A stretch of 63,509 bases of DNA, filler included, from Chiloscyllium plagiosum (Eukaryota), in the NCBI RefSeq assembly GCF_004010195.1. It is 4 parts of one record of this genome, joined end to end, with 100 filler letters (N's around TTAATTAATTAA, not from the genome) between each part and the next. Parts side by side here need not be neighbours in the genome. Positions count along the whole stretch, not along the records: positions 19,549 to 43,944 come from NC_057712.1; 3 more parts are not named here. One strand, 5' to 3'. The position numbers and the translations under genes are program-made. Shown one piece after another: positions 25,457 through 38,592 of this stretch (the stretch's first letter is position 1; each line of letters begins with the position of its first letter). Below the pieces are notes generated by a model. That model was not told the origin of the DNA. It was given only the letters and a program-made list of their open reading frames with translations, and made no database searches.

Positions 25457-28400
25457 GCAGTTGAACATAGACTATTTCAGTATCTGAGAGTCACGAATGA
25501 TCCTGATATTTATACGCAATTTCCTGACTGATGAAGGTAAGNNNNNNNNNNNNNNNNNNNNNNNNNNNNNNNNNNNNNNNNNNNNNNNNNNNNNNNNNNN
25601 NNNNNNNNNNNNNNNNNNNNNNNNNNNNNNNNNNNNNNNNNNNNNNNNNNNNNNNNNNNNNNNNNNNNNNNNNNNNNNNNNNNNNNNNNNNNNNNNNNNN
25701 NNNNNNNNNNNNNNNNNNNNNNNNNNNNNNNNNNNNNNNNNNNNNNNNNNNNNNNNNNNNNNNNNNNNNNNNNNNNNNNNNNNNNNNNNNNNNNNNNNNN
25801 NNNNNNNNNNNNNNNNNNNNNNNNNNNNNNNNNNNNNNNNNNNNNNNNNNNNNNNNNNNNNNNNNNNNNNNNNNNNNNNNNNNNNNNNNNNNNNNNNNNN
25901 NNNNNNNNNNNNNNNNNNNNNNNNNNNNNNNNNNNNNNNNNNNNNNNNNNNNNNNNNNNNNNNNNNNNNNNNNNNNNNNNNNNNNNNNNNNNNNNNNNNN
26001 NNNNNNNNNNNNNNNNNNNNNNNNNNNNNNNNNNNNNNNNNATTTAATAAAAATTTGGAATTAAGAGTCTAATAATAACTATTGTTGGTTTACTATGTAT
26101 TAGGGAAGGAAAAAGCCATCCTTTACCTGGTCTGGCCTTCCTGTGACTCCAGACCCACAGCAATGTGGTTGACTTTTAATTGCCATCCCAGCCAGCAATG
26201 TCTTCATCCCATGATTGAAAGAAAAGGCCCCTTCCCGAGCTGGATTATTTACATATTGCTTCAGCACTTCTCCTGGATGCATTTAACACATTCCCCAATT
26301 CAAGGCCCTGGTGCTAAGAGAATCCTAAACAATATTGGGAAAGTTAAAATCAACCACTATAACAACCCTTTTTTTTTCATGATCTACTTACATATGTGTT
26401 CCTCTGGCTCTTGCTGGCTATTGGCTGGCCTATAGTGTAACCCCATCAGCGTGATTGCATCTTTCTTAATTCTTCCCATACAGCCTCTCCGGATGAGCCC
26501 TCCAAGAACTCCTCTCTTCTTATCAGTAATGCAACTCTCCGACCCCTTTTACATTTCTGTCTAACTCACTTGAAACATCTTACCAGAGAGCTGCCAGTTT
26601 TGCCCTTCTCTTAATCAGGTTTCTGTAATGGCGACCACATTTTAATCCCATGTATCAATCCAGGCTCTAAGCTCAGCTGTTTTACCTGTTAGGAGCAAAT
26701 TACTTGAGATGCCAGAATCTGATGAAGAGTCATCTAGACTCAAAACATTAGGTTGCTTTCTCTTCATGGATGCTGTTTGACCCACTGTGGTCTCCAGCAT
26801 TTGTTGTTTTCAGTGCCTTACCTGTTGCACTCCTTGCATTAAAATAAATACATTTCAGACTGCCAGCCTCACTGTCGATTCTTTCCATTGGATTTACTTA
26901 ACATTGACCTTCTCCTCAATTACTCTATATGCTAATCTACTAGTCTGGTTACCAATCCCCTGCCCACTATTTTAAACCCTCTGCAATGGCACTAACAAAC
27001 TTCCTTGTCAGGACATTGATGCCCCTCCAGTTTAGGCACAAACCATCCTTATTGTATCTCTCATCTGCCCTGGAGGAGATCCCAATGATCCATATATCTG
27101 AAGCACTCCCAAACATACCAGCTCTTTAGCCACATATTTAATGGTATTATCTTCTTTTTTCTAGCCTCACTAGCACATGGCACAGTTCGAAAGGGAGCAG
27201 GGGGAAGGAAAGGGTTTCAGCCTCACTGTGTGCTTGCATGGGAGAGTGATAGGGGTCATGAGGTGTACTTCAGTAGTTGCTGGCTGTAGTAGAGGGTGGG
27301 ATGGTCCTGTTTCCTTCACTCCCCCCTGTTTCATTGCCATGATAAAGCTCAGTCAAGGCCAGTCTGTTGGCTGTGCTCTTTGTTTTAACTGCTTTGTGGT
27401 AACTTCCTTTCCAAATCAAATTTTCTCTTTTTGCTACCTCATTATCTTTTCAGACTTATTTTTTAGGTTGTTAATTATTTGTTTATAAGCCTGCTTTTGC
27501 ATATCATCCTTTTGATGATACCTCATTATAAAGTAATGTGTTCATTGATGTTTAGTTGTGTTCTGCCAAGGGCATTCAGCTCCTCACCTCAATACAACAT
27601 TGGTCCAAACAACTGCACAAGTACACAATTCCAGAGAGAATGCCTTCCCTTGATATCAAGGCAGCATTTCACCAAATGTGGCATTAAGAAACCCTATTAA
27701 AATTGAAGACAGTCTAGATTAGATTGAAGTCAGAGGAAAACTCTCTAATGGTTGGACTCAAACCAAATACAAAGAAACATTACCGTAATTATTGGAGGCC
27801 AATCTTCTCAACCCCAGGATATTGCTACATGAGTTCTTCAGGATACTAACCATCGTCAGTTGTTTTATCAATGACTGTCCCTCCAATGTAAGGTGAGAAA
27901 TGAGGCTAGAAACATACATGATTGCTGATGATCGCGATGTTCAGTCCCATTCACAACTCCTTAGAACAGACTGAGTTCACATTCAATTTTGAGATGGTAA
28001 ATGCAGTAAAACTTTGTACTACATAAGTGCCTGGCAATGGTCAGCTTCAATAAGAATGTACCAGGCCATTGTTGAATCCCAGGAAGAGCCATGAGGCCTA
28101 TATATTTTGGTAGTCTCAGATCCCACAGCTTTACAATCCTGCACATGACTTCAGAGATGGATATTTGGAAACAAAAGCTCCAATGAAGATATAGCTACTC
28201 ATGCCTGGGAAAAATCACATTCATGGATACGGAGAAGGCATAAAAAACCTGTCACAGATCACTCAAATAACCAGGATGTTCCAGGACACTGAAGCAGAAG
28301 TTTCTTTGGATAGTGTCATGAGTCCAATCATCTTCAGATGCTTCATCAGTGACTTTGCCTCCACCATAAAGTCAGCAGTGAGAATATTTGCAGATTATTG

Positions 28401-28480
28401 CACACAGGTCAGTACCACTTACAATTCCTCAAATATTCCACGTCACCTTGACAACTTTCAGGTTTGAGCTGTAAAGTGAC

Positions 28481-28802
28481 ATTAGATTAGATTAGATTAC
28501 TTTACAGTGTGGAAACAGGCCCTTCGGCCCAACAAGTCCACACCGACCCGCCGAAGCGCAAACCACCCATACCCCTATATTTACCCCTTACCTAACACTA
28601 CGGACAATTTAGCATGGCCAATTCACCTGACCTGCACATCTTTGGACTGTGGGAGGAAACCGGAGCACCCGGAGGAAACCCACACAGACACGGGGAGAAT
28701 GTGCAAACTCCACACAGTCAGTCAGTCGCCTGAGGCGGGAATTGAACCTGGGTCTCTGGCGCTGTGAGGCAGCAGTGCTAACCACTGTGCCACCGTGCCG
28801 CC
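28481..28802 (-). mobile_element. tRNA-derived SINE (HE1-like), young copy
   Basis: Near-identical reverse complement of 11945-12262. Confidence 0.9.
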
Positions 28803-29289
28803 CTAAACATTCATGTTTAAATTTTAGGCAACAACTGTTCTCCAACAAGAAAGAATCTAACCATCTACCCTTGACATTCAATTTTTATTCATTCATGAAA
28901 TGTGAGCATTGCTGGTTGGGCCATCCTTTACTGCCCTTGAGAAGGTAGTGATGAAGTCCATAGGCTGTAAGTACACCCACACTGATGCAGTAGGTGTAAA
29001 AGGTTAGGGCAGAGACAGTACCCTGAGGAACTCAATGTTCTTGTGGTGCAGTGGTGGTCTCCCTACCACTGAACCAAGCGGCCCAGGTTCAAGCCTAAAT
29101 ATTTCAGAAGTGTGTAATAACATCTCTGTTAACAACGAGACTTCATGTGGTCCAGAGTTAATGGTGAGGAATGCAATAGCAACTCCCTCCAAATTGTATC
29201 CCACTCTTGTGCCACCTTTGATGAGTCTGTCCCACTGTAGGTTAGGAGAGATGGTAATAATACCACTTCTCGGCCCATTGGCCTATCTG

Positions 29290-31380
29290 ATCAAGATCCC
29301 ATTGTAATCTGAGGTAACCTTCTTCGTTGTCCAATTTTGGTGTCATCTGCAAACTTGTTCACATCCAAATCATTTATAAAAATGACGAAAAGTAGTGGAT
29401 CCAGCACCGATCCTTGTGGCACTCCACTGGTCACAGGCTTCCAGTCTGAAAACAACCCTCTGTCTTCTATCATTAAGCCAGTTCTGTATCCAAATAGCAA
29501 GTTCTCTCTGTATTCCATGAGATCTAACCTTGCTAATCAGTCTCCCATGGGGAACCTTGTTGAACGCCTTACTGAAGTCCATATAGATCACGTGCACCGC
29601 TCTGCCCTCATCAATCCTCTTTGTTAGATCTTTAAAAAACTCAATCAAGTTTGTGAGGCATGATTTCCCATGCACAAAGCCATGTTGACTATCCCTAATC
29701 AGTCCTGGCCTTTTCAAATGCATGTAAATTCTGTCCCTCAGGATTCTCTCCAACAACTTGCCCACCACCGATGTCAGGCTCACTAGTTTATAGTTCCCTA
29801 GCTTGTCCTTACCACCCTTCTTAAACAGTGGCATCACGTTAGCCAACCTCCAGTCTTCTGGCACCTCACTTGTGACTATCGATGATACAAATATCTCAGT
29901 AAGGGGGCCAGCAATCATTTCTCTAACTTCTCACAGAGTTCTAGGGTACACCTGAACAGGTCCTGGGGATTTATCCACTTTTATGCGTTTCAAGACATCC
30001 AGCACCACCTCCTCTGTAATATGGACGTTTTTCATGATGTCACCATCTATTTCCCTATGTTCTATATCTTCCATGTCTTCTCCACAATAAATACTGATGC
30101 AAAATACTCGTTTAGTATCTCCCCCATCTCCTGCAGCTCCACACAAAGGCCGCCTTTGTTGATCTTTATGGGGCCCTATTCACTCCCTAGTTACCCTTTT
30201 ATCCTTAATGTATTTGTGAAAATCATTTGGATTCTCCTTAACTCTATTTGCCAAAGCTATCTCATATCCCCTTTTTGCCTTCCTGATTTCCCTCTTAAGT
30301 ATACTGCTGCTACCTTTATAGTCTTCTAAGGATTCATTCGATCTATCTTGTCTACACCTGACATATGCTTCCTTTTTCTTAACCAAATCCTCAATTTCTT
30401 TAGTCATCCAGCATTCCCTACACATGCCAGCCTTTCCTTTCTGGATACTGTCTCTGGATTCTCGTTATCTCATTCCTGAAGGCTTCCCATTTTCCAGCCG
30501 TCCCTTTACCTACGAACACCTGCCCCCAATCAGCTTTTGAAAGTTCTTGCCTAATACCGTCAAAAGTAGCCTTCCTCCAATTTAGAACTTCAACTTTTAA
30601 ATCTGGTCTATCCTTTTCCATCACTATTTTAAAACTAATAGAATTATGGTTACTGGCCCCAAAGTGCTTCCCCCGACTCCTCAGTTTCCTGCCCTGCCCT
30701 ATTTCCCAAGAGTAGGTCAAGTTTTGCACCTTCTCTAGTAGGTACATCCACATATTGAATCAGAAAATTTTATAGTACACACTTTACAAATTCCTCTCCA
30801 ACTAAACCCTTAACACAATGACAATCCCAGTTTATGTTTGGAAAGTTAAAATCCCCTACCATAACTACCCTATTATTCTTACAGATAACTGAGATCTCCT
30901 TACAAATCTGTTTCTCAATTTCTCTCTGACTATGAGGGGGTCTATAATACAATCCCAATAATGTGATCATCCCTTTCTTATTTCTCAGTTCAACCCAAAT
31001 AACTTCCCTGGATGTATTTCTGGGAATATCCTCCTTCAGTACAATTGTAATGCTATCCCGTATCAAAAATGCTACTCTCCCTCCTGTCTTGCCTCCCTTT
31101 CTATCCTACCTGTAGCATTTATATCCTGGAACATAAAGCTGCCAGTCCTGTCCATCCCTGAGCCACATTTCTGAAATGCTATGATATCTCAGTCCCATGT
31201 TCCTAACCATGCCCTGAATTCATCTGCCTTCCCTGTTAGGCCTCTTGTATTGAAATAAATGCAGTTTAATTTCAGTCCAGCCGTGTTCTCTTTGTTCCTG
31301 CCTGCCCTGACTGTTTGACTTGCTTCTTTTCTCAACTGTACCAGTCTTAGATTGATCTCTTTCCTCACTATCTCCCTGTT
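29290..31380 (-). mobile_element. CR1 LINE ORF2 fragment with APE endonuclease and RT
   Basis: LGLYYRPP..VMVGDFNFPNINW (APE), SNHNSISF, DKSPGP, YMDFSKAFNKVPH, KFADDTK. Confidence 0.9.
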
Positions 31381-31795
31381 ATTAGCATGTCATTGAGATA
31401 AATAGCAATCTGAACTAGACTTTGTGAGATGTTCTCCATTGTTCAGTGAAGAATTGCACAATCTGACAATACCCCAGATATGCGTCTCATATACTTGTAC
31501 AATACCTTATAGGTATTAGTTCTAATATACGTCTGAGAATCCCCATCTAACCACAATTGCAAGTAAGTGTGGTTCATGTGCAGCTTTGTGAAACACAACG
31601 TACCTGCAAGCTTTGCATATAAATCCTCTGTGTGAGGGCTTGGGTTTTAATCCAGCTGTGAAAAATGGTTTACCGTTTGTTTAAATTCCCCATAAAGGAA
31701 GCCAATCCACTAGGCTTGGAAATCGGTGCTGCCCATTCTGCAAACTGTACTGGTTTGATGATGACTTCACTTTCCAGCCTTCTGATTTCATTTTT

Positions 31796-32104
31796 TAAGA
31801 TTCCCTACAGTGTGGAAACAGGCCCTTCGGCCCAACCAGTTAACACTGACCCTCCGAAGAGTAACCCGCCCAGACCCATTTGCCTCTGACTAATGCACCT
31901 AACACTTTGGGCAATTTAGCATCGTCAATTCACCTGGCCTGCACATCTGTGTGACTGTGGGAGGAAACCGGAGCACCCAGAGGAAACCCACGCAGACACG
32001 GGGAGAATGTGCAAACTCCACACAGACAGTTGCCTGAGGCTAGAATCGAACCTGGGTCCCTGGTGCTGTGAGGCAGCAGTGCTAACCACTGAGCCACCAT
32101 GCCA
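31796..32104 (-). mobile_element. tRNA-derived SINE inserted in an older element
   Basis: A/B boxes and SINE body. Confidence 0.85.
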
Positions 32105-32109
32105 CTCTA

Positions 32110-33575
32110 CTTTTGTCTGCTTTTACTTTTGCCCATAAGGCAATGGCATTGGGCAGGCCTTACAGAATTGTGGGATTGTTTTCTGGTCAAAATGCATGGT
32201 GGCCTCTGTTCCTTTGATAGTGCCTAGACCTTCATGGCTGACTTCCAGGTATTTATTTAAGAGTTCACTCAAGCAGTTATTTTTTTAATGAAAAAAATCT
32301 GAGGCAATCTGGGTGAATCTTGCTTAACCAATTTTGGCCCTTCAAGCTATGGGCCACAGTCTTTTACTCTAATCAGTGGTAACTGAACCAGCTATTTCTC
32401 ATAAGAGACCGGAGTTAAAGTCAACCCATAATCTGAAAAGGTTCCCCAGTATAGGTTCTCAGTCTACCAAGGACTTGTACAAACTTAAAGTTTGGAGTCC
32501 AAAGCAATTTTTGTTGAAGACTAGTTCTGCGATCACTATGATAATATCGACCTCCATTATTACTGGATGACCATTTAACCAGACATTTATTTTGAATTGA
32601 ACTGTTGCTATGCAATTTAACTGTTCCAAGTCAGATGTAAGTGGACTTTCCAGGGTGTGGCCACTCCTGAATACCAGCATATGAGTTTTCTTATTCAATT
32701 TAGATCTAGTGGGACTCCATGGCTATCTCAAGTATGCATACTGGCAGCAACTACAAAGGCTTGCTGCCTACATCCTGAAGGAAGTTTTACCAGTTTGGAT
32801 GAGGCTTGGCTTTGTTTTGGGGTTTTGCTGTTGGCTGACTGAGAGTCTCTCTGTTCAGAATATGTCCTGCAACTCACATGCTTCACTTGCCGCATTTTTC
32901 AATGATAGACCCAGTTTGAAGTCCTGTTGGCTTCAGTTTGTAGGTGCTTTTGCATGGATACATCATTAATCCCACGTACCAACAGGTTTCTAAGCATCTC
33001 ATTAAGGGCTAAACCAAAGTCACATGTCTCTGCTTGTCATCTTAACCTGGAATAATTCTCCTGTTTCTCAATTTGCCAAGTAAAAACGATAGCGTCTCAG
33101 AATTAGAGGAGGCTTGAGGTTGTAATATTCCTTCACTAAATCTGTCAACTCCTGAAAGGTTTTCATATCTGTGCCTCAGGGAAAGTTTAGTTCCTAATAA
33201 CCAAAAATGCTGCAGGTCCACAAGCTGTCAGAAGAATTATTTGTTGTTTTTCATCAGCCCCAAAGTAATTTGCCCAGCAAAAATAACACATTTGCCCAGC
33301 AAATGTAATGGGCCCAGTCTTTGACAGTTGGGCCGAATGAGTCAAGTTTTGTAAATAACAGCATGATGCCAGAAATGCTTACCCCAACTCTGAGATGACC
33401 GTTGCAAGTGAGTTTCTTCAGAAACATGCTTTACTCTGGTCGCCACTGAAATAACTCCACAGAGGCCGGTATCCCATAACTAAGTCATGTTTTATTTACA
33501 CATGGAAAGGTCTTTACACTGGTCCAGCTCCCTTAGAGCCAACACTTATTGTATCAGAATGTCTGACAGTCCTCT
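32110..33575 (-). mobile_element. Decayed Gypsy 5' part: partial LTR (33447-33575), PBS, gag and protease
   Basis: Minus strand ATTTCA-G-TGGCGACCAG (PBS); KINVWLNGHPVIMEVD and LRTYTGEPFQIMG protease remnants. Confidence 0.75.
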
Positions 33576-33905
33576 TTTTTTATTTTATTAAACAGTACAA
33601 AATACATTTAACAATAAATAGAACGCAACAGTTCACTAAAAAAACACTATATACAGGGGAAGGGGCAGCAAGGTTAAACCCCCAACCCCACCGTTTAATC
33701 AGTTTTCAGGACAAACCTCAAATCGCACTTTCAGTCATCACAAAAGTAACACTAACAAACACAGACAAGACAGTTGAATTGACTGCAAAACAGTACATAG
33801 AACACAGACCCAATATAGCTAAAAAAATAAACTCAGACCATCCTTGGCTAGCCTTCTTGCAGGATAGTCGTCAGACTTCCAGTTTCTGGCCACCCTGCGT
33901 GCTAA
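33575..33905 (-). mobile_element. L1/Tx1-like 3' end with poly(A)
   Basis: Plus-strand T-run with TTTATT; minus-strand ARRVARNWKS remnant. Confidence 0.45.
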
Positions 33906-35424
33906 CCAATCCTCTCCAGGATTGACACAAATGCCAGCAATAATCACTTCCAAGAAAAGGCAATCTAGACACTACTCCTTGATATTCAATGATGTTACTT
34001 AATCCCCACTAGCAACATCCTTGGTGTTACCATTGAGCAGAAATTCAGCTGGAGTTACCACATATATACGGTGGGTACAAGAGCAATTCAGAGACTAGGA
34101 ATACTGCAGCAAGCAACTCTGGACTCCCTAAAGTCTCCATCATCTAGAAGACTCAAGTCATGAGTGTAATGGAAAACACTTCGCCGCCTGGATGGGTGCA
34201 GCTCCAGCAGCTCTCAAGAAGCTTAACACCATCCAGTCAAAGCAGCTTGTTTGATTGGCACCACATCCCAAATTATCCACTCCCTCCACAGGGAACAACA
34301 GTGTGTCCCATCTACAAATGCGCAGCAGAAATTCATCGAAGATCATTAAACAGCGCCTTTCAAGCACACAGTCTCTTCCATCTAGAAGGAGAATGACAGC
34401 AGATACATGGCAACACCAACAATGGCAAGTTCCCCTCCAAGCTACTCACCATTCTGACTTAGAAATATATTGCCATTCATTCACTGTTGCTGGCTCAAAT
34501 TCCTGAAATTTCCTCCCTAAGAGCATTGTGGAGTTGCTTCCAGTATGTACAGTGTAGAGATTCAAGAAGACAGCTCATCACCACCTTCTCACTAAGATGG
34601 ACAATAAATGCAGGACAAAATTATAAAATTATGCTTGGCATGGATCGGGTGGATAGCGAGAGTTTTTCCCGAGGTGGAAATGCCAAATACTAGAGGGCAC
34701 AGGTTTAAGATGAAAGGGGAAAAATTTAAAGGAAATGTGCGAGGAATGTTTTTTACACAGAGTGATAGGTTCCTGGAATGCGCTGTCAGGGGAGGTGATA
34801 AAAGCGGAACAATAGCAAAGTCTAAGAGGCATTTAGACATGCATATGAACAGGGCAGATATGGACCATGTGCAGGTAAATGGAATAAGTTTAGAATGTAT
34901 CATGGTTGGAACAGACATGGTGGAACAAAGGCCTGTTGCCTAGTGTACTGTTCTATGTACTATATGTTATTTGAATACTGTTTGTTGTAATCTTTGTTCC
35001 TCGTCTAATGGAAAAGCATATTATACAACTGGGCCCCTTCTTGAGGTATTTGTATCATGAATAGTCACAGGTGAGGTGCCAGAAAACTGGAATTTGGATA
35101 ATGAAGTGCCACTATTGAAGAAAGGTGGTAAGGAAAAGTCGGGGAGCTACAGACTGGTGAGCCTGATATAGTGGTGCGTAGGTTGTTAGAGGAAATCCTG
35201 AGGGATAGAATTTACATGTATTTGAAAGCCAAAGACTGAATAGGAATAGGCAACATGGCTTTGTGCATGGGAAGTCATGTTTCTTGAACTTGATTGAGTT
35301 TTTTGAAGAAATAACAAAGAGGATTGATGAGGGCAGAGTGGTGGACGTGAGCTATATGGAGTTCAGTGAGGCATTCAACAAAGTTGACTAGTTAGCAAGA
35401 TTAGATCACATGGAATATGGGGAG

Positions 35425-35950
35425 TGTTAAGTCTTTTTTCTGAGATCCTTACACACTTGATGCAACTTTTATTAAGCAAATACAGTACAAGTTGTGCAGA
35501 AACTCTTAACACTCTTTGCCATACTTGCAAAGTGTGTCGAGAGATCCCTCTGAGCAAAGGAAACAGTCCTTCCTTTATACAAAATCTTTGCACCACAGTC
35601 AGTAATGCTCACAAGACAAACCTCAGCCACTCCCTCACAGTCATGGACACTGAAGACACATTGCAGTGACCACATCATCTCCAGAAACAATGTAATGCAA
35701 ATCATCCCTTAATGGCCAGATCTGGTGTAAATTGTATTTTTTTGTAACTGTCGGGTGCAGTCAGAATTTCAATTGCAATGTTCCAACTGACTTCTGAATT
35801 GGTGGTGATGATGCAAATGGCTCTGAATGGCAAGGGATGACAATGTAAATTCACTTACATTCTATCTGTAGAACAGAGACATCCCACCCTACCGCCGGGG
35901 CATTCAATTTCTTGCAAGTCAGCAGAGCAAATTAACTCTTTAATATCACA
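35425..35950 (-). repeat. 3' LTR
   Basis: Minus strand TGTGATAT...CTTAACA; TATA-like GTATAAAG (~35573-35580) and AATAAA (~35468-35473). Confidence 0.88.
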
Positions 35951-35962
35951 TTCCCTCCTTTT
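35951..35962 (-). promoter_or_regulatory. Polypurine tract
   Basis: AAAAGGAGGGAA immediately before the 3' LTR TG. Confidence 0.85.
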
Positions 35963-36289
35963 ATCATTCCATGATAACCATATAGATGGGAATGAGAAAG
36001 GAGCTACAAATGTATTCATAAGAATCTTATAGGCAGTACTTAAGCAAGTTATTGACACACAGATTATAACAACAAAAATTACTAGTCCATGCAGTCGATA
36101 GGATCTGCAGGATCCTATCACATGGAAAAAAAAGTGTTCACCAGTAAACTTCTTAAATCCACATCCTTGGTGATCACTCCACCCACTCCAAGGAAGCGAG
36201 ACAGTCATCCTAAATCTCCTTCAGTAAACTCCAACCTGAAAACAAAGTCCACTCTGTCCTTGCACACCTGAACTCTTGGATATGGGCAC

Positions 36290-36617
36290 TTACATACTTA
36301 ATTGAGAAGACTTACATTCTTGCGAAGATTCTTCAGATGGAGGATACCAGCGCATCTGAGTATGAAGTGTGGCAGCTTCAGCAGCAGGGTAGGTGAATGC
36401 AGCATTCTTTGCTTCTTCTGCTCACATTCTGCTGTCAAATGTAACAAAGCCAACTGGCTGTTTTAATGTTAGCTTGATCAGTGAACCTTCATATCCGTTA
36501 AATGATCTAAAGTAAAGGAAAAGTTCACATGATTTCATATCCGTAGGAAGGCCACTGACAAAAAAGCATACAGACCTCCTCCTTGCTGTTGTTAGCTTCT
36601 TCACTTTTCGTGCTCAT
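36290..36617 (-). pseudogene. RBPMS2: Processed, internally deleted RBPMS/RBPMS2 (RRM) pseudogene inside the LTR element
   Basis: [19 protein letters not shown]/+1 frameshift/[86 protein letters not shown]; intronless; the paralog (RBPMS vs RBPMS2) is not certain. Confidence 0.85.
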
Positions 36618-37905
36618 GACTGAGGGGCTGATTGAATCCGTTAGATCAGGTTGTGGAGGGGTGGGCAGTGGTCTGAAGGCATGCTTTACCTATGAATGGA
36701 AAAACTTTAGAGACAATGTTAGCTGCTAAAAGTATCTTTGCATTTCCTCTTTCATTCCTTCCTTGCCAAGGTGGGTATCAGTATGAAGACAGTCACACAT
36801 TTAACTACAGTAAATTGTGTCTGCCGATTTCAACATTCTCAGTCAACTTGAAGTCTGTTTCTTTGTTCACTATTTATGACATTATCAAGTTTTATACAAT
36901 CCATAAACTTCTAAATTGTACTGCCTCAAACTCTCAGGAACCCCGTTCAGGTTATTCAAAAATGATTTTTCTTTAACAAATTAACACTTCGCTAATGTGA
37001 AAGCTGTCAGGAAAAGTATTTTAAAAATCTGGAACAGCAAGCAAACAACAAAATCTTCCATGTGCTTTACCCATTGAAAAGGCAGTTTCAATTCATATTT
37101 AAATCTCAAATATTCGTGGGAAACAAATGCAGAATATGTTCTCCAGATGAAACTTCCCAGATAAAACAGTTGGAATTATAGTGTTTACAGACCAGTAACT
37201 GTACAACTTTGAAAGAAATCAACATTGTTTGAATTTGCAATATGAAGGAGACCAACGGAATCTTAACAAAACATCAAACTAAAGATGCAAATATTCTTTT
37301 TGTGAAAACTCTGCATTAATAAAAAGCAACAAAGATATTTTAATACAATACTCTCATCTGGCTAAAGCATGACCATTGACACAATTGTTTTTTTTGAACA
37401 GGCATTGTAGAATTTCAAACAAATCAGGGGATCAAGACCCTCAATCAATTTGTTTTAAGGTTACATGTTTAATAATTTTAAAAAGGGCCAGATGTTGTAT
37501 GACTTTAATGTAAAAACAAAATCTGCCCTATTACATAGCCCACAAAACGCATTGAATTGAGATCCTGATTCAAATAAGGCAAATCAGTTACTTAAAAGAT
37601 TTTCTGAACCAGTATTTTAACAAACTAAAATATTTAAAGATCAATTACTTTCAGTACGGCATAATTTATATTTAAACTTCCTTTTTTAACCCAAGTATTA
37701 GTACAACATTAATTTCAGCGTTCCTCATTTTTTCCCTGCATCCTCTCGATTAAAATACACTTATTATAAAGAGAAAACCCACACAGTGGATCACACGACA
37801 CCACAGTCCAAGCCAGTACCCTTCCCCAGAAGAAAGACTCGCTGAGTCGAGTCCACAGCCCAGAAACTGAGACTCCCACAACAAAATCCCGGACAAAGCT
37901 TCCCC

Positions 37906-37998
37906 AGTCCTGATGAAGGGCTCCTGCCCGAAACGTTGATTTTCCTGCTCCTCGGATGCTGCCTGACCTGCTGTGTTTTTCCAGCAACACTCCGATCA
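37906..37998 (+). mobile_element. Penelope pLTR fragment with hammerhead motif in the LTR-element leader
   Basis: AGTC-CTGATGA-AGGGC-TCCT-GCCC-GAAACGTT-GATT. Confidence 0.7.
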
Positions 37999-38029
37999 CT
38001 TATTTAGTCCACCTGGAAGCTCCATGTAT

Positions 38030-38053
38030 GTTGGAATGCCACTGCGACCAGCA
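38030..38053 (-). promoter_or_regulatory. Degenerate primer-binding site, tRNA-Leu-like
   Basis: TGCTGGTCGCAGTGGCATTCCAAC two nt after the LTR; 18/24 match to TGGTGGCAGCGGTGGGATTCGAAC (complement of the tRNA-Leu AAG/TAG 3' end). Confidence 0.65.
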
Positions 38054-38055
38054 AA

Positions 38056-38592
38056 TGTTAAGTTCTTTTTTCTGAGATCCTTACACACTTGATGCAACTG
38101 CAAAACACTAACTTGTGTGAACAACCAAAATTTTATTAAGCAAATACAGTACAAGCTGTGGAAAAACTCTTAAAACTCTTTGCCGTGCTTGCGAAGTGTG
38201 TCGAGAGGTCCCCCTGAACAAAGGAAACAGTCCTTCCTTTATACAAAATCTTTACATCAGTCAGTAATGCTGGCAAGACAAATCCCAGCCAATCCCTCAC
38301 AGTCACGGCCACTCAAGACACAATGCAGTGACCACATCATCTCCAGAAACAATGTAATGTAAGTCATCCCTTAATGGCCAGATTTGGTGTGAATTGTATT
38401 TTTTTGTAACTGTCGGGTGCAGTCAGAATTTCAGTTGCAATGTTCCAACTGATTTCTGAATAGGTGATGATAATGCAAATGCCTCTGAATGGCAAGGCTT
38501 GACAATGTAAATTCACAGAGACATCCCATCCTACCCCCCCGGGGCATTCAATTTCTTGCAGGTCAGCAAAGCAAATTAACTCTTCCATCTCA
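38056..38592 (-). repeat. 5' LTR
   Basis: Minus strand TGAGATGG...CTTAACA; about 40 substitutions plus two larger indels versus the 3' LTR (hand count). Confidence 0.88.

Larger units (their letters stand above)
35425..38592 (-). mobile_element. Non-autonomous LTR/ERV-like element carrying a captured RBPMS-family cDNA
   Basis: Two ~530-bp direct repeats with TG..CA ends, GGAG TSD (35421-35424, 38593-38596), PBS, PPT, no recognisable gag/pol. Confidence 0.88.

Noticed and set aside
25497..26072. ORFs spanning X runs
   Set aside because: They cross an N gap.
36290..36617. Functional RBPMS gene
   Set aside because: +1 frameshift near 36561, in-frame TGA at 36422-36424 and substitutions at conserved residues.
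35425..38592. Circularly permuted or tandem RBPMS retrocopy with a duplicated 3' UTR
   Set aside because: TG..CA termini, TSD, PBS and PPT explain the direct repeats better as LTRs.
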